64,000 nt of DNA from NCBI RefSeq assembly GCF_009914755.1, contig NC_060935.1, one strand, 5' to 3'. This stretch comes from the human T2T-CHM13v2.0 reference genome, Homo sapiens. A program made the translations under genes and the position numbers. A model generated the notes under the pieces. It ran no database searches. It was not told where the DNA came from and saw only the letters and a program-made list of their open reading frames with translations. Numbering within the stretch: the first letter of the stretch is position 1; each line of letters begins with the position of its first letter. This document shows positions 1-18,647 of the stretch, piece by piece.

Positions 1-89
1 GGCTAGAGTACAATGGCACGACCTTGGCTCACTGCAACCTCTGCCTCCTGGGTTCAAGCAATTCTTCTGCCTCAGCCTCCCGAGAGGCT
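1..89 (-). mobile_element. Alu fragment
   Basis: ttggctcactgcaacctctgcctcctgggttcaagcaattct. Confidence 0.85.
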
Positions 90-330
90 GTTTTATAGTT
101 AATTTTTTTAGTAAGTAGAAGGACTACATGCTAACATGATAAAAAATATAGTAAATACACAAACCAGTAACACATTTATTATAAAATATTATATACTGTA
201 TATAATTATCAAAATATCAAGTATTATATATTGTGTTATATTTTAGTTTTGTAATAAACTACCAAACTGTCATCCACAGTAGCTATACTGGTTTGCATTC
301 CCACTAGGAATGAATCAAAGTTCCCACTGC

Positions 331-638
331 TGCTGGGCGTGGTAGCTCACGCCTGTAATCCCAGCACTTTGGGAGGCCGAGGCAGGCAGATCACTTGAGG
401 CCAGGAGTTTGAGATGAGCCTGGGCAAAATAGTGAAACCCCGTCTCTACTAAAAATACAAAAATTAGCTGGGCATGGTGGCTTATGCCTGTAATCCCAAT
501 TACTCAGGAGGCTGAGGCATGAGAATCACTTGAACCCTGGAGGCAGAGGTTGCAGTGAGCCAAGATTGCACCACTGCCCTCTAGCCTAGGTGACAGAGCA
601 AGACCTTGTCTCAAAAAAGAAAAAAAAAACCAGAAAAA
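331..638 (+). mobile_element. AluS-type element inserted in an old antisense L1 fragment (about 240-720)
   Basis: Full dimer, A-tail, TSD caaagttccca(c/t)tg. Confidence 0.93.
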
Positions 639-2039
639 CAAAGTTCCCATTGTTCCACATCCTCACCAGCATCTGGAGTTGTCAGAGTTTTGGAGTTTGG
701 CCATTTTAATAGGTGTGTCTCATTTTTGTTTACATTAACCATTTATAAGAAATTTTGGGATTTAAGAGCTGGAAAAAGATCTTGGCTTTGACCTCCTTTC
801 CTCTCCTCCCTACCTCTGCTGTCCAACACATACATTTCATAAATGAAAAACAGAGGTGGAGAGAGCTAGCTGGTGGCAGGACAGAAGTCAGAGCTCTAAT
901 TGCTGCTGTAATATTCATTCAACACATAGTAATTGCCCTTATCGTCTCATTTGGAAACTATACTTAGTTTAATTATACTTAGTAGTGAGGAGTCCAAGAG
1001 ACACAGTTGATCAAGCTAAAGAGCCAAGTCTTCTGTGCTCGTACATAATGACCATGTTCTCGCTAGGGGCCTTACTACGCTTCCTACATTAACAGTGAAT
1101 GAATATGGTCTTCCAGTGGGGGCAGAGGGACTGGTGCCCTACAGAATCAAGAGCTCTGAATGGAAGGTTTGGAGTTTTAGCTGCAATCCAGCTAAACTAT
1201 ATCAAATTTATCAAATCCAGCTAAATATATCAAAATTATCAGATGCCCCTGTTTTTTTAGACAGGGTAACTATAATTTGTCTTTAGTTATTGAGGGATTT
1301 CTCCTTTCTGGGGAAGTTAATCATCTTTATCTCAGGTTTTTCTGAACATGTGGGTGTCCCAAGGCTTTTCTGAGTTTACCTGACATGTTCACCATTTCTT
1401 GATGTTGACACTGGGGGGAGCTGGTGTAGAAGGTCTAAGAGTACAAATAACCTTGTGGAGTGTTTTTATTATTAATCTCTTAGAAATCTAAGCCTGAGGG
1501 TTTTACCTTGGACACTAAGAACATTCTGAAACTGCCATTCCTCGCTGGCATCATTTGCACACATCGATTCTATCCAGAACCACACCCCAGCAAGAACAGA
1601 GGGCATGTCTTTGCTGGTTTCTTTCCTCTGTCTACCACTTCCTAAACTCTATTTTAACAGGGTGATGGAGGTGAATATTCTGTAGTCTAACAAATTTGGA
1701 AAATGCAGACTGGACAGGACTTGTGCATGTTAGCATTGCCCATCCCCAAATTCATGAGCACCTTGCTCTGAGGCTACCGAGCCCTGGCACCTGCTGTTGC
1801 CCCTCCCAGGCACACCCTTCCCTTCTTAGCCCTCTTACCTCCTACGTGTCCTTTGAGCTCAGCTTGAGTCTCCTCAGGACTCTGAATATACCAGATACCC
1901 CATGGAATGAGACAGAGGCATATATAATGACATTTAGGACAGCCAAACAGGCCTTTGTCATAATTTTAATTGTATGTGTCCTTTCTTTATCTTTGCATCC
2001 CTAGCTCCTAACCCTCTGCTGGGCACACAGTAGGTTCTC

Positions 2040-2285
2040 CAAGGTCTGGGAGGCAGCACAGGGCTGCTGTAAAAGAGCACAAGCTTTGGAATCAGATGGA
2101 CTTCCATGTTCAATTCCTGAGTCGGTTACTTAACCATAATTTCTTGCTTAATCTGAACCTCCATTTCCACATTTATCAAATGGAAATAAAAGATCACCCT
2201 TAGAAGTGCAAAACATTAAATTTAAAATGTATGAAGAAAGTGCTTAGCCCAATACACACCTGACGCTAATAAATGGTAGCTATTA
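2040..2285. mobile_element. MIR relic
   Basis: MIR core-like tctgaacctccatttccacatttatcaaatggaaataa. Confidence 0.6.
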
Positions 2286-2382
2286 CTTGATGCAAGCCTA
2301 ATGAGGATTACAGTGGCACAATTTTTTTCCCAGGCACTTATTACCCCATTACATTTAGGAGACAGACAGGGGAGGCTCTTAC

Positions 2383-2484
2383 CAGCTTTGGTAATGAGAC
2401 ACGCATCAAAATCAGATGAACAATTGACGGCTGTTTTGCAGTCAGCAGTTGGGTTAGGACAGTTGTAGCACTGCAGGCTATGAC
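2383..2484 (-). CDS. CD59: CD59 coding exon, N-terminal half of the Ly6/uPAR (LU) domain (G|HSLQCYNCPNPTADCKTAVNCSSDFDACLITKA|G)
   Basis: Manual translation matches the mature CD59 N-terminus LQCYNCPNP. 102 nt, acceptor ttctag, donor gtaaga, phase 1-1. Confidence 0.98.
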
Positions 2485-2619
2485 CTAGAATCAGGAAGAA
2501 AGTCAGGATCTCTTAAAGCAGCACTGACTTGTCCCCTGGCAGCCCACCATCTCCATTAATATGGGCCCAAAGTCAGCAACTTGTGGTATACTTCCACTCC
2601 CGCACAAATGTATAGCAGT

Positions 2620-3550
<931 letters not shown>

Positions 3551-4352
3551 GGACAGGGTATCATTACTGAACTACCCCCTTCTAAGGGACTGACCGAATG
3601 CCAGGAGTACACACTGTCAAAGACAAGACAACAGCTGTGCACTTTAAACCCATGGGCATAGGACAGCTGGGTACCAGCAGACACAACGTGAGGGTCATCT
3701 TACATCAGAAGCAAATTGCCTCCAGTTCCCTAGTTTGAAAAACAATTATTGCTCCCAGTCAATTCTTAAGACTCATCCTTGCTAGCTGTCAGTTTTTGCT
3801 GGGTTATTTTTCCTTCTCCATTTTTGTAACAACAGTGACAACAAAAAGATGAGTTACAGTCCACACGTGTGATGGGGAGAGACTGAGGAAGCAAGAGTTG
3901 GAAGGAAATCTTCCTGGTTTGTATGGATACCCCCTTTTCCATCATCAGAGATAAACTATCTTCATGCCATATGACTTCTACCATGTAATCAGTATTTGGA
4001 AGTACCTACCTCTGTGAAAAGACATTTTCAAAGATGAAACACGTAAAATCTCACAAAAGAATGTCATGGTTAAACCAAGTGTGGGTTTTAGAGCCCAACA
4101 GCTGACTTCTAGTTCTAAGGCTGAAGGCTAGGTTTATCACCATGGAAATAGATTTTTCAGTGGAAAGTCCAGTGGAAGCAAGGTGGGTCCTCACTTTCTG
4201 AGCACACACAGGAACCCAGTTCTCTAGAGCATCTGAAATGGCCATGTCTGCCCTCACAGGTGTGAAATCCTACCCAATAGAGGATCCTCTGACTTGTGAA
4301 GGTTACAGATTAATGCCTTGAAATATTAGTTTTAAAAAACAACAACAAACTA

Positions 4353-4664
4353 GGCCAGGTGTGGCGGCTCACACCTACAATCCCAGCACTTTGGGAGGCC
4401 GAGGTGGGTGGATCACTTGTAGCCAGGAGTTTGAGACCACCCTGGCCAACATGGTGAAACCTCGCCTCTACAAAATATACAAAGATTAGCCGGGCATGGT
4501 GGTACATGCCTGTAATCCCAGCTATTCAGGAGGCTAAGGCATGAGAATCATTTGAGCTTGGGAGGTGGAGGGTGCAGTGAGCCAAGCTTGCACCACTGCA
4601 CTCCAGCCTGGGAGACAGAGCGAGACCATGTCTAAAAAATAAATAAAATAAAATAAAATAAAAA
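4353..4664 (+). mobile_element. AluS with (AAAAT)n tail
   Basis: Full dimer consensus. Confidence 0.95.
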
Positions 4665-5429
4665 CCAACCTCCTCCCCAACTTTTTTGCAGATGACAAGA
4701 CAGATGTCTGGAGAGGTGATGTGACTCACACAAGGACACCTGGCTACAAAGCAGCAGAGCTGGCGGCAGCCCTGGGGCCTGTGGGCAGGGCCCCATCCAC
4801 CAGGCTTTGTTTGTTCTCCCCCACTGTCAGCCTGTGGCTGTCATGCCCGTGTGAGAGGGAAGCCACAAGGAGAAGGCGCAAAGATGCAATTTTTCTTTGG
4901 TCCCTTCCTTGTGCCAGACATGTATTCACACGCATGAAATGAAAAGAGTCTAAGATGAAGGGTGTTGTTCTTGAGACTGGCCATGTTTGAGGGCCATTTT
5001 AAAAGGTTACCTGTAGACATGGATTTTTGTGGTGGCTAGATCCCGGGCTCATTTGGCCTCTTAAGAAAGCTTTAGAAGGAAAGGCTAAAACCCATGGTTG
5101 GAACGTCTGTGGGCAAAAATATTCATGGCAAACATGTTCATTCAGTGTTCAAATATATGTGCATCTATGTGCTAAGCTCTTCATAGGATTGTTAAGAGAA
5201 CTAGGCTCAATTATCTTCATCCCCACCTTGCAAGAGAAAACTAAGACTAAGATGTTAACTAAATTGTTCAAAGCCACACAGCTACTAAGTGACCGAGCTG
5301 AGCTCAAACTCAGGCTGTCAGTTCTAAAATCCAAGCTTGGTTAACCATGATGTTCTTCTAATTGACCTGAGTGGGAAGAGAAGGAAACTCTAGATTATGG
5401 TGGAAACTGAGGTCAAAAACAAGCAACAG

Positions 5430-5767
5430 GGCCAGGTGCAATGGCTCACGCCTGTAATCCCAACACTTTGGCAGGCTGAGGTAGGTGGATCATTTGAGGT
5501 CAGGAATTCCAGACCAGCCTGGCCAACATGGTGAAAGCCCGCCTCTACTAAAAATACAAAAATTAAAAAGTAAATAAAAAAAAATACAAAAATTAGCCAG
5601 GCATAGTGGCATGCTCCTGTAATCCCAGCTACTCAGAAGACTGAGGCAGGAGAATCGCTGGAACCTGGGACACGGAGGTTGCAGTGAGCCGAGATCGCGC
5701 CACTGCGCTCCAGCCTGGGCGACAGAGTGAGACTCCATCCCCCTGAAAAAAACAAACAAAAAAAAAC
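5430..5767 (+). mobile_element. AluS with a duplicated A-rich linker
   Basis: Dimer with aaaatacaaaaatt present twice in the linker; TSD aaaaacaagcaa. Confidence 0.93.
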
Positions 5768-7391
5768 AAGCAATAGGTCAGTGGACAATGGTTTGATATT
5801 TTAGCCACTAAGCCAGGGTAGACGAGGTTTCCCCTGGGCCATAAGAGGCAGAGCTCAGAGGAAAGTTCCCCTGCAGGGTCCTGAGACCCTTTTGGGCAGC
5901 AGCAAAGAAGGCCTCTCATCTGTGGGCATGTGAGCTTCACATCTCAATTCTCTGAGAAAGGGCTGAAGTGCACCCCAAGACTTGTCACAGAGAAGCTGAT
6001 GGTCCCAAGCTTGCTCCATAAACAAATGCAGACTGCTGGAAGTAGGATGTCACTGGGCTATTAAAATTCTAGAAAATATTCCAACTTAAGCAGCAGAGAC
6101 AGAAAAAAAGAAGGAACCAAGAAAAATGAATAAATAAAAAATAATTATAGAAAAAATATAGTGTTTTAACACAGGTGAACCACATTACAGTGCACCCTGG
6201 CTAGAATCACGGAAGGTGGGGAAGAAGGGGTGCCATGACTTCTCTTTCTGCTCAGAAAGGGAGAACATATTAAAGTGTGTCCTGGCGCCAAGTTACTACT
6301 TTGCCTTCATTTCCTCAGCTGTAATATGGGAGGTAACAGTACCGACCTCCCGGAATGGCTGGACGGATTTAAATGAGACAGGCTCTGGCACAGTCCCCAG
6401 TAAACAATAAACAGTGAATATATGGTTGCTGTTAATATTCTAAGACATGCTACAGTGGTGTGGAAATCTTTTTTTAAATTGCTCACTGTATTGCCACTTT
6501 CTTTTCTGCTCCCCCCACCAACCATATTTATAAAAAACAAAAAACCAGCAGTGGCCAAGATATTATACCAACATGACACAGGCAGACAACCACACTTGAT
6601 CTTTACAATGAAGCATGTGTGTTTCCACTGTTATAGAAGTTGACTCAGAAGCACACAATTTCCTCCAGCAACCAGGGGAGGGGTGGCTGAGGAGAGGGGG
6701 TGGCCCAGTGACAGATGGCCTGGAGCAGGAGGGAAGAGCAGGGACTCTGTTGCCAGACTGTGTGTTCACATTCCCGTGTACCACTTCTGTGTGTTATTTG
6801 ACAAGTTATTAATTTTGGGGAGGCCTCAATCTTGTTGCTTGTAAAACAAGGATAAAAATACCACCAACTCCATCAGGTTGGCATGAGGATTAAATAAGCA
6901 AATACACGTAAAATGCTTAGAGTAGTGACTGGCACATAAATGCTTCAGGGTTAGTTAGCTGCTGCTGCTGTCACTATGACCATCATCATCATTAAAACAC
7001 AGGAGGAGCCTCAGAGCAGAAGGACTGAGCTCAGATGGCTCTAAGCAGAGTGGACCCCAAAGGGACTTGCACAGCACTCTAAGAATGGTATCCATTGGTG
7101 TCCCCAAGCAGCTTATGGTGACAGGAGTGAAACTTCAGCCGCCGATTGTTGACCCACCCCTGCCAAAAGCCACGCTGTAACTCAGGACGGGCTGTAACTC
7201 AGGACGATGCCCCACTGAGGACAAGGTCATAACATAGGAAGGAGCTGTCATACAACCCCAGACCTGTAACACTGGAAGGCAAAAGAACCAAAGCCAGGCC
7301 TGGAGGAGCAGCTGGGGCTGAAACTGAGGCTTAAGAAGGGAGTTCATGGCCAAGGCAGCCTAGATCCATGTCCTGAGACTGGAGCACTCAC

Positions 7392-7458
7392 CTGAATGGC
7401 AGAAGACAGCCAGGACGAGCAGCAGCCCGAACAGGACAGACCCTCCTTGGATTCCCAT
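7392..7458 (-). CDS. CD59: CD59 first coding exon, signal peptide MGIQGGSVLFGLLLVLAVFCHS|G (exon 7392-7476 with 18 nt of 5'UTR)
   Basis: ATG at 7458-7456; acceptor ttccag before 7476; donor gtgagt at 7391. The peptide is visible in the ORF track entry 7360..7644. Confidence 0.98.
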
Positions 7459-8914
7459 TGTGATTGTCCACAGAACCTGGAAGGAAGGGACAGGAAGGAA
7501 TGTCAGGAACGAACAAATGACTGCTGGTTGTCTCAAAAACCAAGGGCTGGAAGGCCAAGAAGGCTTCTGAGAGGAACATTTACAGGGGGAGTCAAGGCAC
7601 ACTGAATCCCTGGGCCATGCCCCAGCTCTGACCCACAGCACCATATACCCTTGAGTAGGCTCAGTCCCTATAAGCCCCAGTGTGTACTACCACACTGTGG
7701 GAATAACACTATCTTCCCCATCAGGGTCAGTGAGTCAAATGACAATATGAGCAAATTGACTCATATAGCCACTGTGGTTCCCACTCTACTGGCCCCACCC
7801 CAAGCTGCTGGCTGAAAGAGAGGGCCACTTCTCGGAGCCACAGCACTAAGTGAATCAGACCAAAGGGGTGACTCTGGAAGGCACCAGCATGCATTCAGCA
7901 GTGGAACAGGGAGCAATGGCTTAGCATACCTGGAAGCTCTGGCTCCTCACTGTAAGAAGTATAATGGGGACACTTGCTTGCTCTCTTTGGGGACATGAAG
8001 AGAGGTATTGAGCAACTTTGTAAGTTTCCATTACGTGAATGCCTAGATGTGTAGTGATAGCATCAGGTGAGAAGAAGGAAAGCCTGAAATGCCTCCAACC
8101 CTACTTTACCCAGTAAAGAAGCCAAAGCTTAGGGAGGTTTTGAACTTGCCTAAGTACAAAGCATCCATAGCAGAACTAAGAAATCTCCCAACTCCAATCC
8201 TACATCCCTGAACCCATCCTGAAATAAGGAGGTGGCAGTGCCTGTAAACCAGGGTACTCCATATTCTATTCTCCAGAGCCCCACAGGCCCGGACAGACAG
8301 ATGGGTTCTTGGAAGGGTGAGTCATCTACCCTCCCTAAGTCAGAAATGCAGAGTTCCCTGGGGAACTGACAATCCTGACAATCATTCCTGTCCCTTCCTT
8401 CTCACACATCTTGAAGGTCATCTGCTACTTAGGAATTTGCTGACGCAGGCCAGTGGAGGACTGAGAAGTTCCAGGAAAAGGGCAGGGTCTGACATTGTCC
8501 AAAAAAGAAAACAATCAGTGAGTCAAGCCTGGAGATGGGGGTGGTGGAGATGAGAAAGAGGTGGTTTTATGATATGTGAGGAACCAGGAAGAAAGACAAT
8601 TGTCATCTGGCCTTTCCTTACAAATTGAGGGCTCCCCACCACCCGCTGGGCTCTGAAACCTACAGCCTGCTACGGGACACCATCCCCCATGTGGACCTTC
8701 CCAGGAGACCTGGGCTCCAGCACATGCCAGCGGCTTGCTTGGTTCCCCATTTTCAGGGGTTTCTGAGTAGGAAGGGTGATTTATAGACTCAGGTTAGACA
8801 GGGCTCCAGTATACAAGGAACTGCTACAAGTGAGCAGGGAGAGGAAGGTATTGGTCTGAGGTCCCCGAACAGAGAGCTCCAGACACTTCCTAAAAGTTAA
8901 GCATAGCATGATCG

Positions 8915-9204
<290 letters not shown>

Positions 9205-10848
9205 TTAGGCACTGGAAAGGTGTCAGGCTGGCAGGAGCTGCCGGTTCAGGACACTTCCCTTGGAATGGTCCTTGACATAAATCACACTGCCACAACACAC
9301 AGGGCCCCTGATGGGGAGCTGTTCTTTGAAGTACCTTAGAAAGAAGTGGCCTGCTAAGAAAGCAGGAAGAACACAATGAAAGGGTTCAGAGCACAGGCAT
9401 TCCAGTCCAATCTGGAGGCCTCTGAACAAGGCCAGATAGTTCTGGCTCTGTCACCTCTTTGCTATGTGTTAACCTCTGATCACGCTTTGGCTAGTAAGCA
9501 TGGAGATAGTTACGTGTACTGCATAGCACAATGCCTGGCCAAAGATGGCACTCAAAAAGCTGTGGCCACTGTTAGTGCTACTCAGGAGTAATGAGGTTAC
9601 TTGAGGAAGAAATTGTGTGGGGAGGGAGTGTTGGGGGGTGAACGGTGGGAAGGCAGACAGAGGGTGATGTGAGGTGAGGAAGCCAGAGAAACACCCTGGG
9701 TTGAATGAGCAGGGGAGACCTCAGGCATCAAACCTAAGGAAGCCCTCAGTTTTCTGGGATGGTTGGGGAGTGTCAAGTCTTAGCCTCAGTTCCACATGAC
9801 TGGCTGGTTGTTGCTATAGCTGATCCCATGACATGCTGCAGGGGAAGCCAAGACAGCAGAGAAAGGAAGTAGCTATGTGTAGATGCCAAGGTCGGGCTGT
9901 TCCATCAAAATAAGACCAGGCCTTTATGAACCACTGCCAAAATATGAATTTCCAAGAGCAAAACGTTCATATGGAGTATGTGTATGTGTATGGGGGGCGG
10001 AGGAGGGCGGGAGGCAGAAAAAGAAACAGCTGATTGTTTTAAGGCTATTTTATAAATGCCCTACAATGTAGATGGTAACTAACACTAAGCAAGATCATTT
10101 ATGGCTTTTTATTTTTCTTCCTGATCCTTTACTTTTTGCCATCCTTTCCCCAAATATTCTATAATTAACCAAGTATTACTTTTACAATCAGAAACATCAG
10201 GAAAATTCACACATGACAATGTTCCTTTTCTAGTAGTCATAGATCATCTATCTTTTGGTAAAACTACTCCCTAGACTAAAACACCCTCCATTTTAAGGAA
10301 AAAAAAAAAAAAAAAAGAAGATGCCCATAAGTTAAGTGTAGATAAGATGGTAAATGAACCAAAAGTGTTGCCATTCCACCCAAACCAAGTACTTAAATGC
10401 AAGATACACTCAGAAAGCATCAACACTCAACTCCTTTCCAAACATTTCAGGATTCATTAATAACGGTGGGTTTGTCCCTAACGACTGTTCTAATAATACT
10501 GCTATTGTTCTGAATGATTTTTAATCATTCTAAAGAATGCACAACTGAAAAATCCCTCAAAGAAGATATGTAGGAACAAGTCTTCCCCCATGATGAAGGA
10601 ACGGCAGGCTTTCCTGGGTGGTGCGTAAGTTGACTCTAAAGTCATTTCCGTAATGGGAGCTCCAAGTAGGCCTTTCATCACAGGAATAAGAAATAGTCAA
10701 GGGCATACAAACATTCTTTAAAATAGCAAAAATTTAGTGATACACACATCCAACAATAAGGAAATGAGTATACTATGGTACACTTCCATGGTGGGGAACC
10801 GCATAGCCAGGAAAAGTAATGGGCGTGGAAGGCTACTCACAATGAATT

Positions 10849-14690
<3,842 letters not shown>

Positions 14691-14902
14691 ACTTAAACCC
14701 CGTATCTCCGAGAAAAAAAAAAAATACAGGCACTTCTTATCAAGTTCCTGAAAATGTTTTAGATAGCAAATGTTCTGGGTATTTGGGTAGAAAATGTAAT
14801 GAGTCTATTTCCACTATTTTAAGTAGGAAAACGTGTTACTGTTCATCCAAAACCCCAACCGGCCCCCCAAATATCAATTAAATATATATATACACCCACA
14901 CA

Positions 14903-16244
14903 CATTTGACCCTTGAACAACACAGGTTTGAACTGCAGGGGTCCATTTATATGCAATTTTTTTTCTGAAAATATATTGGAAAATATTTTGGAGATTTGCA
15001 ATTGAAAAAACTGTTAGATAAACTGCATAGCCTAGAAATATTTTTTAAAATTAAGAAAAATTTAGGTATGTCATGAATGTATAAAATGTATATAGATACT
15101 AGTCTATTTTATCACTACCCAAAAACATACACAAATCTATTATAAAGTTAAAATGTGTCAGCCAGGCATGGTGGATCTTGCCTGTAATTTCAGCACTTTG
15201 AGGGGCCGAGGTGGGTGGATTGCTTGAGCCAAGAGTTTGAGACGAGACTGGCAAAACCCCATCTCTACAAAAAAAAAAATAGCCAGGTGTGGTGGCGTGT
15301 GCCTGTAGTTCCAACTACTCAGGAGGCTGAGGTGGAAGGATTGCTTGAGCCTGGGAGGTTGAGGCTGCAGTGGGCCAAGACACACCACTGCACTCCCACC
15401 TGGGCGACAGAGTAAGACCCTGTCTCAAAAAAATAAATTATTAAAACTTACACACACAAACACAGACCAGACATGGCACCAAAGTAAAGAGAAATGTAAA
15501 CAAATGTAAAGATGCAGTATTAAATCATACTGCATAAAATCAACTATAGTATATACTGTTAATAATGCCATAGCCACCTCCTGTTGCTATTGCAGTGAGC
15601 TCAAGTGTTGCAAGGATCTACTTATCAGCAGGGATATGATTAGTATCATGTGATGCTAATTATCTGTGAGCTGTTTGCCTCTTTAAGAAATTGCACATCA
15701 CAGTAAAAGGTGATCTCTTGCAGTTCTTGAGTATTTTCTTTATCGTGTTAAGCGCAATAGTGTAAAACTTGAATGACACATGAGACCCTTACAGGGTGCC
15801 ACAAGTGATGCTGGCCACGCTCCCAAGAAGCAGAAAAAAGTCATGATGTTACCAAAAAACAGTTGAACTACTTGATATGTACTACAGATTGAGGTCTGCA
15901 GTTGTGGCCGCCTGCCATTTCAGACAAGTAATTCATCTTGTAAACAGACGACATAAACTGATGGTATCAATAACTATAGTACAGAACTGTAATGGATTTT
16001 CTCTTCCTTACGATTTTCTAAGTAACATTTTCTTTTCTCTAGCTTACTTTATCATAAGAATACAGTAGGCAATACATATAACACACCAAATGTGTGTTAA
16101 TCAACTGTTTATGTTATCGGTAAAGTTTCTGGTCAACAGTAGGCTATTAGTAATTAAGTTTTGGGGGAGTCAAAAGTTAAACTTGAATCTTCAACCGTGT
16201 AGGTGGTCAGTGTCCCTAACCCTGCATTGTTTTAGGGTCAACTG
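14903..16244 (+). mobile_element. Tigger2-family element (about 1.06 kb without its Alu insert; Tigger2b-like)
   Basis: TIRs ca(t)ttgacccttgaacaa ... ttgttttagggtcaactg followed by TA; Alu inserted at about 15160-15440. Confidence 0.85.
15160..15440 (+). mobile_element. AluJ-like element nested in Tigger2
   Basis: Diverged Alu dimer. Confidence 0.9.
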
Positions 16245-16350
16245 TATATAAACATATATAATATATATTACATATATACGTAAAAACACACATATACATA
16301 CATTATATATACACACACAAATACACATATATATGCACATATATATATGC
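16245..16350. repeat. Degenerate (TA)n/(CA)n microsatellite
   Basis: Visible dinucleotide runs. Confidence 0.85.
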
Positions 16351-16436
16351 AATCCAAAGAAATTGAACATAAAACATTTAACACATCAAATAATTATTTA
16401 ATAACATTTAAGGAATTCACTCATCAGTATACTTAC

Positions 16437-16481
16437 TACTGTGAAGTAGGTCTCAACTCCTACACCAACTGGTGCTAAAGA
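16437..16481 (-). other. CD59: CD59 optional 45-nt 5'UTR exon (TCTTTAGCACCAGTTGG...CACAGTA)
   Basis: Polypyrimidine acceptor tcttttattttcgtcctag and donor gtaagt enclose exactly 45 nt. This fits the known 45-nt alternative exon in CD59 intron 1 (from recall). Confidence 0.88.
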
Positions 16482-16509
16482 CTAGGACGAAAATAAAAGA
16501 GGGTCATAA

Positions 16510-16692
16510 CAGTGGTTCTCAAACTTTAGGGAGCATCAGAATCACCTGGAGGGCTCTTAAGTAGATGATTAGACTCCAGCCCTAGAGGTTTTAATTCAGG
16601 TGGGCTAGTGTAAGGCTCAAGAATGTGCATTTTGAGCCAGCACTCAGGTGCTGCGTTTCTGCTGGTTCAGGGATCACACTAAGAACCACTGG
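16510..16692. mobile_element. MER5A (hAT-Charlie MITE)
   Basis: TIRs cagtggttctcaaa ... aagaaccactg, internal catcagaatcacctgg. Confidence 0.85.
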
Positions 16693-16863
16693 GTTAGAGG
16701 GTGACCTGGCATAAGGGCCAGGTTACTTTAGATTGGGTTGGAAATGTTTCTTCCAACAGGGTTATAAAAGAAGCTGTTAGTTCTTAAATATTTAGGAGCC
16801 GCTTCTACTTTTAAGGGCCCATATGATTATGACATTGAATGCAAGCCATTAGGCAAGACCTTG

Positions 16864-17595
16864 TGATATGGTTTGGTTGTGTTCCCACCCAAATCTCATT
16901 TTGAATTGTAACTCCCATAATTCCCACGTGTTGTGGGAGGGACCTGGTGGGAGATAATTGAATCACTGGGGACGGTTTCCCCCATACTGTTCTTGTGGTA
17001 GTGAATAAGTCACACAAGAGCTGATGGTTTTATAAGGGGTTTCCCCTTTCACTTGGCTCTCATATTTCTGTCTTGTCTGCTGCCAGTAAGACGTGCCTTT
17101 CACCCTCTGCCATGATTGTGAGGCATCCCTAGCCACGTGGAACTGTGAGTCCATTAAACCTCTATTTCTTTACAAATTACCCAGTCTTCGGTATGTCTTT
17201 ATCAGCAGCATGAAAATGGACTAATACACCTCCAAAATCTCATGTTGAATTTTAATCCCCAGTGTCGGAGGAGGGACCTGGTGGGAGGTGACTGGATTAT
17301 GGGGTGGTTTCTAACAGTTCAGCACCATCCCCCTAGTGCTGTCTTGTGGCAGAGCTTAGGAAATCTGGTTGTTTGAAAGTGTGTAGCACTTCCCCCTTTG
17401 CTGTCTTCCTCCTGCTCCCGCCAAGTAAGGCATTCTTGCTTCCCCTTCTCCACCATGATTCTAAGTTTCCTAAGGCCTTCCCAGAAGCAGAAGCCTATAC
17501 AGCCCAAAGAACTGCGAGCCAATTAAACCTCTTTTCTTTATAAATTACCCAGTCTCAGGTACTTCTTTATAGCAGTGTGAGAATGGACTAATACA
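16864..17595 (+). mobile_element. Two abutting MaLR LTRs: THE1-like (16864-17228) then 5'-clipped MST-like (17229-17595)
   Basis: Starts tgatatggtttgg; both parts end ggactaataca; ccttg flanks the whole unit. Confidence 0.88.
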
Positions 17596-17783
17596 CCTTG
17601 TTCCTGTGTTAACTTCCATTTGGTGAGCAAATATCAAGGGCCAGTTGCTAAGATAGATGCTCTTGACATAGTAACTGGAGTTAATCCTCACAATAATACC
17701 ATAAGGTAAACTGAACCTTTGCCTCCAATTACAGGGGGAGGAAACAAGATTGAGGAAGAGAACTAATTTATGCAACTAACTTA

Positions 17784-18647
<864 letters not shown>

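Noticed and set aside
1601-1620. Perfect p53 half-site GGGCATGTCT
   Set aside because: The adjacent decamer (ttgctggttt) is a poor match; a single half-site is expected by chance in 64 kb.
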